Assembly: GCF_006345805.1 (NCBI RefSeq)
Contig: NC_042997.1
Location: 9,114,001-9,178,000 of the forward strand
Reading direction: 5' to 3'
Length of the DNA: 64,000 bases
Source: Octopus sinensis
Lineage: Eukaryota
Part shown: in pieces, positions 1 to 10,961 of the stretch
Numbering within the stretch: the stretch's first letter is position 1
Layout: each line of letters starts with the position of its first letter
Translations under genes and position numbers: made by a program
Notes under the pieces: generated by a model
Seen by the model: the letters and a program-made list of their open reading frames with translations, nothing else
Database searches by the model: none
What the model was told of the DNA's origin: nothing

Positions 1-646
1 CAATTAAGGAACGGCCATAATAGGCCATTCACCCACTAGAAATAACAGCCAAAGCTTCTACCGCAAATAAAGATTAATTCCGTAAACAGGAGAAAATTAA
101 AAAAACATTTACCCTGTAATTTCTTGTACGGTATACCGTTTCATCCGCTGTTTAATGGCATACTAACCTGATTAATTAAATCAAGCCAATCTTCCATAAG
201 CCCTCGGATTCTTCAGCAAGAAATAGCTCAAGACGGAACAGATATATACACGAGGCATACCCAATCTTGCCAAGTCAATATCTGACCTAAAATTTTCAAA
301 TCGTCGCACTCGCGCCAAATTTATCGGCAGCAAATAAATATCAGCCGTCGATTCCATTACGGAATTAACCAAAAAATTCATAATTAATCAATATACATTT
401 ACCCTGTAATTTCTTGTAATTTCAAGAAATTACAGGGTAAATGTTTTTTTAATTTTCTCCTGTTTACGGAATTAATCTTTATTTGCGGTAGAAGCTTTGG
501 CTGTTATTTCTAGTGGGTGAATGGCCTATTATGGCCGTTCCTTAATTGTTAATGTTGAACTTAAAAATGGTCTATGACTATTTAATTTTTTTCCCGCTGG
601 GCCGCTGGTGGCAATAAAATTCTACAAAATTTTCCTTGCCACCCTA
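1..646. mobile_element. Foldback / long-TIR DNA element, possibly hAT-type terminus; left end probably outside the window
   Basis: 1-126 is the exact reverse complement of 423-548. The right side continues to GCCACCCTA (ending 646), which reads TAGGGTGGC on the minus strand, a terminus style seen in hAT elements. Confidence 0.5.
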
Positions 647-656
647 TATTGATTAA

Positions 657-698
657 TTATATATATATATATATATATATGCACACACACACATACAT

Positions 699-746
<48 letters not shown>
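657..746. repeat. (TA)n/(CA)n microsatellite
   Basis: Seen directly. Confidence 0.95.
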
Positions 747-751
<5 letters not shown>

Positions 752-1199
752 TACACACATATATACTTACATAAACACATGTGCACATTTTTACCATGAC
801 AGCATGGTAAAAATATGTATCAAAAGGAAAACAAAAATATACCTATGTGAGTACAGAATGGTTTCCTCAAAGTATAATGTACAATTTCACATAAACAAAA
901 GAGAGATAATCATTCCTTTCAGCCTATGTGCATGTATCAAATACACTTAAATTCAAATAAAGCACTGAACAAAACGAAATGTGTGACATAAACATCCCCA
1001 AGAGGATTATACTGGTATATGAAAACATTAAATGCTTGAATATATCTGCACATTTAAAGAGATGGAATTCTGGGATATGACTGAAGTTGTCATCATCTCA
1101 TTAAGAAAATTTATTGCAAACAAAAGAATATGCCTTGCTCACAGTTCCTAGTTTAAAAATAAGAAATCAGTAATAGAAGTAAAGCCAAACATAAATTTC

Positions 1200-1352
1200 T
1201 TAATGTGTTTCTTCTTCTTAAGACCTTCTCTCCCACTGGTGCTGAGGCCATCAATGACAAGTCTCCACTGTTCTCAGTTCTGGACTATACTTTCTGCCCC
1301 TCTCCCTGATCTTGGTTTTGTTTTGTCGTTGATTTCGATGACTGGCATCCAT
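1200..1352 (-). mobile_element. Degenerate RTE-like LINE 3' end, different family from R, with (AAG)n tail
   Basis: Minus frame reads ..SIVQN*EQWRLVIDGLSTSG.., resembling the RTE C-terminal AQxRxxWRxxVxGL motif, then AAGAAGAAG. Confidence 0.4.
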
Positions 1353-1822
1353 GCTAGTGAAGTGCTAAGAGTACCATACGAGTGAGATCGTTGCCAGAGC
1401 AACAAGCTGACCTCCGTGCCGATGGCATGTTAAAAACACCAATCAATGGTGTTTTTAACGAAACCCGTTAAAAACATCCTTTGTGATCATTACCTGTATC
1501 GCCTTACTAGCACTTGTGCTGGTGGCACGTGAAAAAACATTCAAGCGAGGTTGTTGCCTGTGCAGGTGGCACATAAAAGGCACCATTTGAGCGTGGCTGT
1601 TGCCAGTACCACCTGACTGGCCCTCATGCCGGTGGCACGTAAAAGCACCCACTACACTCTCAGAGTGTTTGGCATTAGGAAGGGCATCCAGCTGTAGAAA
1701 CTCTGCCAGATCAGATTGGAGTCTGGTGCAGCCATCTAGTTTGCCAGATCTCAGTCAAATTGTCCAACCCATGCTAGCATGGAAAGCGGACTTTAAATGA
1801 TGATGATGATGATGATGATGAT
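1353..1822 (+). mobile_element. RTE LINE 3'UTR copy (family R) with (GAT)n tail
   Basis: Ends CCCATGCTAGCATGGAAAGCGGAC..(GAT)n, the same 3' end as the ORF-bearing RTE copy at 22130-22880. Confidence 0.85.
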
Positions 1823-2199
1823 AATGTTTCTGTAACTTAGCTTTTTGTAGGTAGGTATGTTGGCCCAATGTAACATTTGATGCTTAGTATCACTTACAAA
1901 GCAATGGTTTATGGTAAGGGTTAGGGTCATGAATAAGTTGAAGGATTAAATATGAGCAAGACTTAAGGACGTATACCATAATGCAATTTACATGACATCA
2001 TCATCATTATCCTTATAATCCTTTTATCTGTGTTTTCCATGATTTCAAGTGTTGGATAGGTTTTATCTAGTACAGCATCTTGCCATTTCTGCCACAATGA
2101 GATAAAAATGTGAACTGTGTGAGCAGAGGCTGCATGTGTTGGGAGAGCATGTGCAAGCTCAGTGCCAACTAGTTGTTGCGTATATGATACTCGCTCGTA

Positions 2200-2303
2200 C
2201 TGCGGATTTCCACACATACTTCAAGACAAAATTAGCACGAACCTCGGCTCATACAGCAAATTACTTGTGCAATGGTGCCCTCATACTGTGAGGTTCTACT
2301 GTA
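2200..2303 (-). mobile_element. Possible pogo/Tigger-like terminal remnant
   Basis: TA+CAGTAGAACCTC on the minus strand (2303-2290) resembles a Tigger TIR start; no partner TIR found. Confidence 0.3.
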
Positions 2304-2321
2304 TATGTAGAAACATATATA

Positions 2322-2553
2322 TATTTCTCTACTGCCCACAAGGGGCTAAACATAAAGGGGACAAACAAGGACAGACAAACGGATTAAGTCGATTACATCG
2401 ACCCCAGTGCGAAACTGGTAGTTTATTTATCGACCCCGAAAGGATGAAAGGCAAAGTCGATCTCGGTGGAATTTGAACTCAGAACATAACGACAGACGAA
2501 ATACCTCTAAGCATTTCACCCGGCGCGCTAATGTTTCTGCCAGCTTCCCGCCT
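2322..2553 (-). mobile_element. tRNA-derived SINE, family A, tail A1
   Basis: Box B GAGTTCAAATTCC, central TTGCCTTTCATCCTTTCGGGGTCGATAAA motif, tail ..GGGCAGTAGAGAAATA; many copies in the window. Confidence 0.85.
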
Positions 2554-2639
2554 ATAAACATATATATATATACATATATCTGTGTGCTTGTGTATATATA
2601 TATATATATATATACGTATATAGATATGTATATATACAT

Positions 2640-2942
2640 GCGTGGAGGCGCAATGGCCTAGTGGTTAGGGCAGCGGACTCGCGGTCGCAGGATTGCGGTT
2701 TCGATTACCAGACCGGGCGTTGTGAGTGTTTATTGAGCGAAAACACCTAAAAGCTCCACGAGGCTCCGGCAGGGGGTGGTGATCCCTGCTGTACTCTTTC
2801 ACCACTCTTTCTCTCACTCTTTCTTCTGTTGGCCTGCTCACTGAGCCAGCGGGGTGGCGTCATTCGAAGGCTAAAACAATGCAAACGCATTGTGACCAGC
2901 GATGTGTAACAACATCTGATGGTCTGGTTGGTCACGTGATCA
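2640..2942 (+). mobile_element. tRNA-derived SINE, head C (Arg-like), tail T0
   Basis: Box A TGGCCTAGTGG, loop GACTCGC, degenerate box B GTTTCGATT; head shared with the copies at 29.3-29.6 kb and 57.75 kb. Confidence 0.8.
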
Positions 2943-3299
2943 TGTGATATATACATGCACATATATTATTGCTATCATCACCTTAACTTCTACTTTTTCA
3001 TGTACAGATGGGTTGGATTGTCATTTACAATTATCATATGACATCAAGACAAAGACACACACACACACACAATATACATATATTGCATGTCTCCTTGAAG
3101 GCCTTCTTTCAAAAGAGTTGCTGCATTTACAAGTACATAATGTGATTGCTTGTATAACATATTTCCCAATATTAAAACTAGTAAAGCAAAAATACAGTAT
3201 CTCATATTTTGGCTTAAAGGCATCTCTTTTTAGTTGCTTCTTCTGTTAGATGTAAATGCCAAATTCCCCTCATATAACACATTGCCATCGGCAATTAGA

Positions 3300-3720
3300 A
3301 AGGCCACATTGAATAATGCAGTTCTTTGGTCATGGCAAGTGATCAAGACCTTTGGCGATTTGCTGTGCTTGAGAAGACATGCTAAACCAAGTGAAATCAT
3401 AGCTGTGACTGGTGCCAGTGACATGTAAAAGACATTTTTGCCAGTGACACATAAAAGGCACCTGTGCTAGTAACACATAAAATGCACTCTTGCCGGTGAC
3501 CCTTTAAAAAGCATCCATGCCAGTGACACATAAAAGGCACCCACAACACTCTTGGAGTGGTTGGCATTAGGAAGGACATCCAGCTGAAGAAACCAAGCCA
3601 AATTAGACTGGAACTTGGTACAGCTCTCCAGCTTATCAGATCCAGAAAAACCGTCTAACCTGTGCCAGCATGGAAAGCGGACATTAAATGATGGTGGTGG
3701 TGGTGGTGGTGGTGGTGGTC
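3300..3720 (+). mobile_element. RTE 3'UTR copy (R) with five internal ~25-bp repeats
   Basis: GCTGTGCTTGAGAAGAC matches 22615; TGCCAGTGACACATAAAAGGCAC-like unit x5; (GGT)n tail. Confidence 0.8.
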
Positions 3721-4586
3721 ATGGTTAGATTGCTTCTGATCAGAGATCTGCTCGAACAAAGCTGACCTGGAGCTGAACAATTGCAAAAATCTGTGCATTT
3801 GTATAAAGAAAATACTTAGTTCCAGCAAAATTCCATCCAATGGTGGCCTGTTTGCTTTGAACTTAAATGCTAATTAGAACTTTGTTTAGCTTAATAAATA
3901 TATAATACATGAATTATTATTATTGAATTATAAGAGAGTTCAATTAGTAGTGTAAATGAAAGATAACTGATGTTGGCCAAATAAATTTATTTTAAATATT
4001 AACCTCTCGTGTAATGTAACCTCGACTTTAATATTTAATTCTGGTATAAAATTTCTCCATTATACTTGCAGAAATATGATTATGCCTTGTGTAAATATTA
4101 AACAGCAGTAGCAAGTTGCAGCAATTCAAATCTAGACTAATGCTTTTTCCACCATATTTAGCTTTAGGAAAGCAGGCCAATTAGTAGAACGTACTGGAAA
4201 GTTGACAAATCTTACATAGATAGTATTTTCATTATGCATAATGTTGAATGTTCCATACTAAATAGAGACATTTTGGGGCTTGACATTTGTCTATATATTC
4301 TGTTGATTTGTTTATTCATTTGTTTTATGCTCTATTTTCCATGCCAGCATGGGTTGGGTGAGTATTTATTATTAAAGTATTACTTTACCAGTAAATGATG
4401 CTAATGTTACTAATTTTTAACAGTTTTTCAAGTAAGGTTTTCTTTTTCATTTCACATCTCTTCAAAAGGGCAAGGTCTACAAAGACAACAGTTAATGGTA
4501 ATATGGAATCACAATTTTCCTCAGACGATTTCATGCAAAGAGGGAGAGTATAAACATTTACAGAGACACAAACAGGCATACACATA

Positions 4587-4803
4587 TACTTTTCTACTCT
4601 AGGCACAAGGCCCGAAATTTTGGGGGAGGGGTTCATTTGATTAGATCAACCCCAGTGTGTAATTGGTACTTAATTTATCGACCCCGAAAGGCTGAAAGAC
4701 AGAGTCAACGTTGGCAGAATTTGAACTCAGAATGTAAAGACAGATGAAATACCACTAAGCATTTCACCCAGTGTGCTAACATTTCTGCCAGCTCGCTGCC
4801 TTA
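4587..4803 (-). mobile_element. SINE family A, tail A2
   Basis: Same head and core as A1; tail CCCCTCCCCCAAAATTTCGGGCCTTGTGCCTAGAGTAGAAAA. Confidence 0.85.
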
Positions 4804-4861
4804 CAGTTATATGCATACACATATAATTATATATGTGTGTGTATGTATATATGTATGTCAT

Positions 4862-5134
4862 AAAGACCATGGAATTGCACCTAGAAAGTTCCTCTCTGAA
4901 GTAGAAATCAGGGCAAGGTTGTTTGTGGAAGACTATACATGTCAGTCTTCCCCCTCCATGCTATTGATGTGATCATAGGAAAAGATAAAGGCCAATACAG
5001 TTTGGCACCAGTAACATCACATACGTGAAATAAAGTAGCTTGCTCAAGAACACAACACAGCCCAATCTGGGAATCAAACTCACAACCTCACAATTGTAAG
5101 CCTGATGCTTTAATCATTGAGCCATGTCCCTCCA
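4862..5134 (-). mobile_element. SINE head D with tail T2
   Basis: Minus strand: ACATGGCTCAATGATTAAAGC..GAGTTTGATTCC head, TGTGTTCTTGAGCAAG block, tail ..CTTTCTAGGTGCAATTCCATGG. Confidence 0.7.
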
Positions 5135-5154
5135 CATATATTTGTGAGTATATA

Positions 5155-5340
5155 TCATCATCATCATCATTTAACGTCCAGCTTCTGTGCTAGCATGGGT
5201 GAAACGGTTTCATAAGAGCCAACCAAGCAGAAGCCTGTGCTGGACATCTGTAACTGTTTTGGTAGGATTTTACGGCTGGAAGCCCTTCCTAAAACTAACC
5301 AATCAGCAGTGTAGATGTAGTGCTTTTTATGTGGCTCAAG
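5155..5340 (-). mobile_element. RTE 3'UTR copy (R)
   Basis: (CAT)n TTAACGTCC..GCTAGCATGGG is the reverse complement of the R 3' end. Confidence 0.8.
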
Positions 5341-5916
5341 AGTAGGAGACAGCAGGATAGAGATGGTGACAAAATACTGGGCATACTCACAAGGGACGGG
5401 GATTAGGATATAAATGGATGGTTGAGTAAAAGAAGAGATATATATGGCGGCAAGTGCCAGGGCATACCCTTGAGGCTCAAACATCATAATATAAGTGGCA
5501 GGATATTGCGAAGGAAGTGTGAGTAAAGAATGCAGAGGTGGGGAGTGAGCAGGGAAAACCTGAGCATGTATAGAGATGGGGGTGGCTACCGGATAGCAAT
5601 GATACAGAGGAACAGAACTGTGAGGAGAGGAATGGGGAGTGAGAGCTAGGCATAGTGTATGAAGGAGAAAATGTGAGGAAGAGATGTGGAGATGTAAATT
5701 GGTTTGTTGGGGTGCCTGTATGTAGTAGTTATATATACATATATATTATGTGTGTGTGTGTATGTGTGTTTATCACTGTATTGACCTGGCTATCAAATAT
5801 TGTATACATCATTGGTCATGATGTGTTTCCAATTCTTTCTTGATTGTGTCGTTCTTTTCCATCTTGGACCAAATCGTTAAACTAAATCATATTACCATTA
5901 TTCTGAAGACCTTTAA

Positions 5917-6140
5917 CCCTTTTAATACCAACCCGGCTGAAACCGGCTTTGGCTCTGAGTACAAATGTCTCGTTTTCATAAATTTTGAATTAAAATCTTC
6001 CAATAAATCTTAGTCACATAAATCTTATGTTCCTAACACTAGCTGAATGATAACTAACTTATTTTACTAAATTCTTTGTTATATTTAAAGTAATTGAAAG
6101 AAACATGAAGCATCTCAAAATAAATACAGTAACGAAAGGG
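5917..6140. mobile_element. piggyBac-like MITE (224 bp)
   Basis: TTAA at 5913-5916 and 6141-6144; termini CCCTTTTAATACC and GTAACGAAAGGG. Confidence 0.8.
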
Positions 6141-6713
6141 TTAACATCCCTTGTCTACCACTTGACAACTGCACAGGTCCACCTGTTGTCTCCGAACCAT
6201 GAGACATATATAATGTGATTTCATATTGTTTTCCCACTTCCCATTTCACTTTCAAGACATTGGTGAAGCTAAAGCTACATATGATACTTGCCCAAGATTC
6301 CACACAGTGAGACAGAACTCAAAACTTCATACTTACAAAATAAATTCTATATCTGCACAACCACCTCTGCACCTAAAGTATTTTAGTATTGGCTAAAGAT
6401 CTATAGGTATATTTTGTAATACTGTATGGTAGATAGGTTCTATTGTATATATGAGCTTACTTATGTACTGTGTTCATAACAACACTTCTTGCCAGGCTGT
6501 CTCTGTTTTTGTTTAAATTCTGTTTGGTATGTCATAGAGTGAGTGGCTGGCTTCATGGCAGCTTTACCGAATCGATTAGACTCTAGTTAGTTGTTTGTAG
6601 TGGTTGACAAAATATCTAGATATATGCTACACCAAGATAATGACTATAGGTAACCGTTTTATCACAAAGATACTCTTCTTGAAATGAAAAAAGACACATG
6701 GCTACAATTTCCA

Positions 6714-6965
6714 TTACCGAGATGGTGATGGTGATGATAATAGTGGTGGTGGTGGTGGTGGTGGTGGTGGTGGTGGTGGTGGTGGCGGTTGTGGTAGTAT
6801 TGGTAGTGAAATTGTAATGGTAGTGATAGAAATGATGATGATTAATGCTGAATGTTGATGATAACGATTATCGCAAGAAGGATGATGACAGTGATGATGA
6901 TGATGATGACGACAACGACGACGATGACGATTATGATGATGATGATGACGATGATGATGATGATG
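6714..6965. repeat. Compound (GGT)n/(GAT)n/(GAC)n microsatellite
   Basis: Seen directly; source of the poly-His/Pro pseudo-ORF. Confidence 0.95.
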
Positions 6966-7410
6966 CATTTGAAAAGTGTTTGCATACATGAACATTAAGA
7001 ACCATGAAATATAAATTTAGTTTAAATTTTTAAATTTCAATTACGAAAGTAATAATACAATTTGTTTTTGTTTTTCTTTTGCTGATTTTTTTCCCAGGCT
7101 TTTTTTTTTTTTTTTGGCAGTTCCTTCTGATTAATTTCAGAGTAGGTTTGCATCACACCTCCATACCTCTCTACTATGCTCTCGTGTTCTCCCACAATCA
7201 TACTTTGTTTCAACCTCTTATTTCACTTACAGACTTTCTTCTTATTTACACTCTTATTTTTCCCCATAGATGTCTTCTCTGAATTGTTTTTGATCTCTCT
7301 TCTTTATTATGATTTGCTGTTGATGTTCTTGTTATTGTTGTAAATTTATTGCATTGTCTTTTTTTTCTCACTATTGTGTGCTGTTGTTCAACTTCATTTT
7401 CTTTTTATTA

Positions 7411-7445
<35 letters not shown>

Positions 7446-7779
7446 TTGTTTTTTGGCCTAATTGATTTTATTGTTTTGTTAAGGTAAGAAGTGTGAGTCA
7501 GCAGAAATAGTAGAGCAGCAGATTTACTTTGTCGGTATTGCTATATTTACTTTTTTTTATCTCTACCTTTTGAGCTCAAATGCTTCTGCGGTAAATTTGG
7601 TTTTCTTATGTTACTTTTGTTAGTAATGGTGGTAGAGGGAGTGACAACATTGGCATCATCATTGTCCATGTTGCTAATGTTGGCAGCGGCGGCAACATTA
7701 ACATCATCATCCTCATCATCCCTGTTGTTGTTGTTGTTGGTGGTGGTTTAGCCTGAGGTTGGCACCAGTTAAGCAGAGC

Positions 7780-8215
7780 CATGATCAAAGGTATTTAATC
7801 TAGAGAACATCTTGTTTCTACTGTTTTTTAAACTATATAACTCAAATATGTTCTATTTTAAAGATTGTGAATGCAGTTTGAGAGAGATTTGACTGCTGTT
7901 TCTTGCAAAACTGTGATCAAAGGCATTCAATCTAGAAAAAAATCCAGTCTTTTTTTTTTTTTAATTTACTTTAGTTTTTGGACCATATTACTCACTGCAT
8001 TTCTCCATTTTTAAGATAGCAGAATGTGATTTGGGGGCAGATTTTGCAGCTATTTCTTGTAGAACTGTGATCAAAGGTTTTCCATCTAAAAAAAAAACAT
8101 CCAGTAATTTCAACTTTTTATTTTAGATAAAATTATCCAATGTGTTCTTCAATTTTCAAGATAGCAAGATGATATTTAAGGAAACTCTAGCTACTCTTTC
8201 TAACCAGGCAAGCAA
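7780..8215 (+). repeat. Three degenerate tandem units of an old dispersed repeat
   Basis: (C)TGATCAAAGG..TCTA(G/A)AAAA recurs at ~7783, ~7913 and ~8066, each followed by an AAGAT..GATTT..GCT..TTTCT block. Confidence 0.55.
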
Positions 8216-8549
8216 ATATAAAAATCCTTCTTATTGACTTCTCTACACATCTTTGCCTTACCCTGGTGATTTAAGAAAAAAAAAAAAAAAAAAACCTGAC
8301 CAGTCAAGTACAGACTTCAATTTTAATTAATTTCTCTCCTGAAAATATCTGGCCTGTGCTAAACTACTAAACTAAGAAATAATCACTACCATAACCAATT
8401 GGTATCATTATTTATTGTGATAATCATTATTATTCTTACTAGCTGGACCCATGCTATCAAAAATGACAACTAATTGTAGTATTTAATATATATATAAGGT
8501 ACAAAATAGGGTACATAATAATCACAGATACAAACATTCATACACTTCG

Positions 8550-8657
8550 CTTGTACACACACACACACACACACATATACACATATACTCACACAGAGTT
8601 GAAACGCTGTTTGATTTTTTCTTTACAGCATTGAATGTTCACCATCCCACTTCCATT

Positions 8658-8694
<37 letters not shown>

Positions 8695-9062
8695 TGCACA
8701 CACACAAATATTCACATACCTCCTTTTTACATACACACACATATACTCACACAAAGTTGAAACACTGATTTTTTTTACAGCATTGAATGTTTACCATCCA
8801 CTTCCATTGCACAAACACATACATATACACACACAAACATTCACGTACCTCCCTTTTACATACACAAACGTATACTCACACAGGGTTGAAACACTGTTTG
8901 ATTTTTCTTTACAGCATTGAATGTTCACTATCCCACTTCCATTGCACACACACACAAACATTCACATACCTCCCTTTTACATACACACACATATACTCAC
9001 ACAGAGTTGAAACACTGTTTGATTTTTCTTTACAGCATTGAATGTTCAACATCTCACTTCCA

Positions 9063-9094
<32 letters not shown>

Positions 9095-9248
9095 GCACAC
9101 ACACATAAACATTCACATACCTCCCTTTTACATACACACACAAACATTCACATACCTCCCTTTTACAAACACACACATATACTCACACAGAGTTGAAACA
9201 CTGTTTGATTTTTCTTTACAGCATTGAATGTTCAACATCTCACTTCCA

Positions 9249-9280
<32 letters not shown>

Positions 9281-9575
9281 GTACACACACATAAACATTC
9301 ACATACCTCCCTTTTACATACACACACACAAACATTCACATACCTCCCTTTTACATACACACACACAAACATTCACATACCTCCCTTTTACAAACACACA
9401 CATATACTCACACAGAGTTGAAATTCTGTTTGATTTTTCTTTACAGCATTGAATGTTCAACATCTCACTTCCATTGCACACACACACACATATATGCATA
9501 CACACAAATATTCACATACATTCCCTTTTACATAAACAGACATATACCCACACAGAGTTGAAACGTTTGACTTTT
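8550..9575. repeat. Complex minisatellite, about 7 units of ~125-225 bp with embedded (CA)n
   Basis: Core ATATACTCACACAGAGTTGAAACACTGTTTGATTTTTCTTTACAGCATTGAATG recurs near 8585, 8741, 8871, 8991, 9178 and 9402, and in degenerate form at 9541. Confidence 0.95.
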
Positions 9576-9699
9576 TTTCACTGTACAATTTCCATCACTG
9601 GACTACCAAGTTTGCCATCACTCTTCCTTACTCATTCCTCTATCACTCCTTCCTTTCTCATTCATATGTCACAGTAGATTGTTTTTGTGGTTGCTGTTG

Positions 9700-10097
9700 T
9701 TGTTATTACTGCTGCTACAGCTGTTGTTGCTTAAGAAATACTTCATGAGTTTCTTCCCTAATACGTAAATGCATTCAGTATATCTTTGAAAACATACATC
9801 ACAAAATATGTTCATGTTTAACAAATGCTGTTTGAGAAATGCCCGAATAATACTTACAGAACCTTGTATTGCTATTTCCTTGAATGCTCCCACATCTATT
9901 CTATCTGTAATCTGTCAATGTCTTCATAGAACTGGTCATGTATCATTCCAGTTGCACCAAATACAAATGAGGTGATGGATACATACCTTAACTGCCTTAA
10001 TCTATTTAATTCATCTACACCAAGTCAGTGTATTTTCTTACAGGCCTATCTTGCTTCCTCTGTGCAACAGTATAGTCATTTGAAATTGCTATGTTGA
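9700..10097 (-). mobile_element. Dong/R4-type LINE 3' fragment (REL endonuclease C-terminus)
   Basis: Minus frames KYTDL..DELNRLRQLRYVSITSFVFGATGMIHDQFYEDIDRLQI and GAFKEIAIQGSVSIIRAFL match the KYxDLxxE..GATG..LLGTxxILR pattern; 5' end abuts (TAA)n. Confidence 0.7.
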
Positions 10098-10940
<843 letters not shown>

Positions 10941-10961
10941 TATTATTATTATTATTATTAT

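Noticed and set aside
2640-2720. tRNA-Arg-like gene (also the heads of families A, B and D)
   Set aside because: No complete cloverleaf or acceptor stem; each continues into a multi-copy SINE body.
8550-9575. CRISPR-like repeat-spacer appearance
   Set aside because: Eukaryotic context; the spacers are related CA-rich sequences rather than unique; no cas genes.
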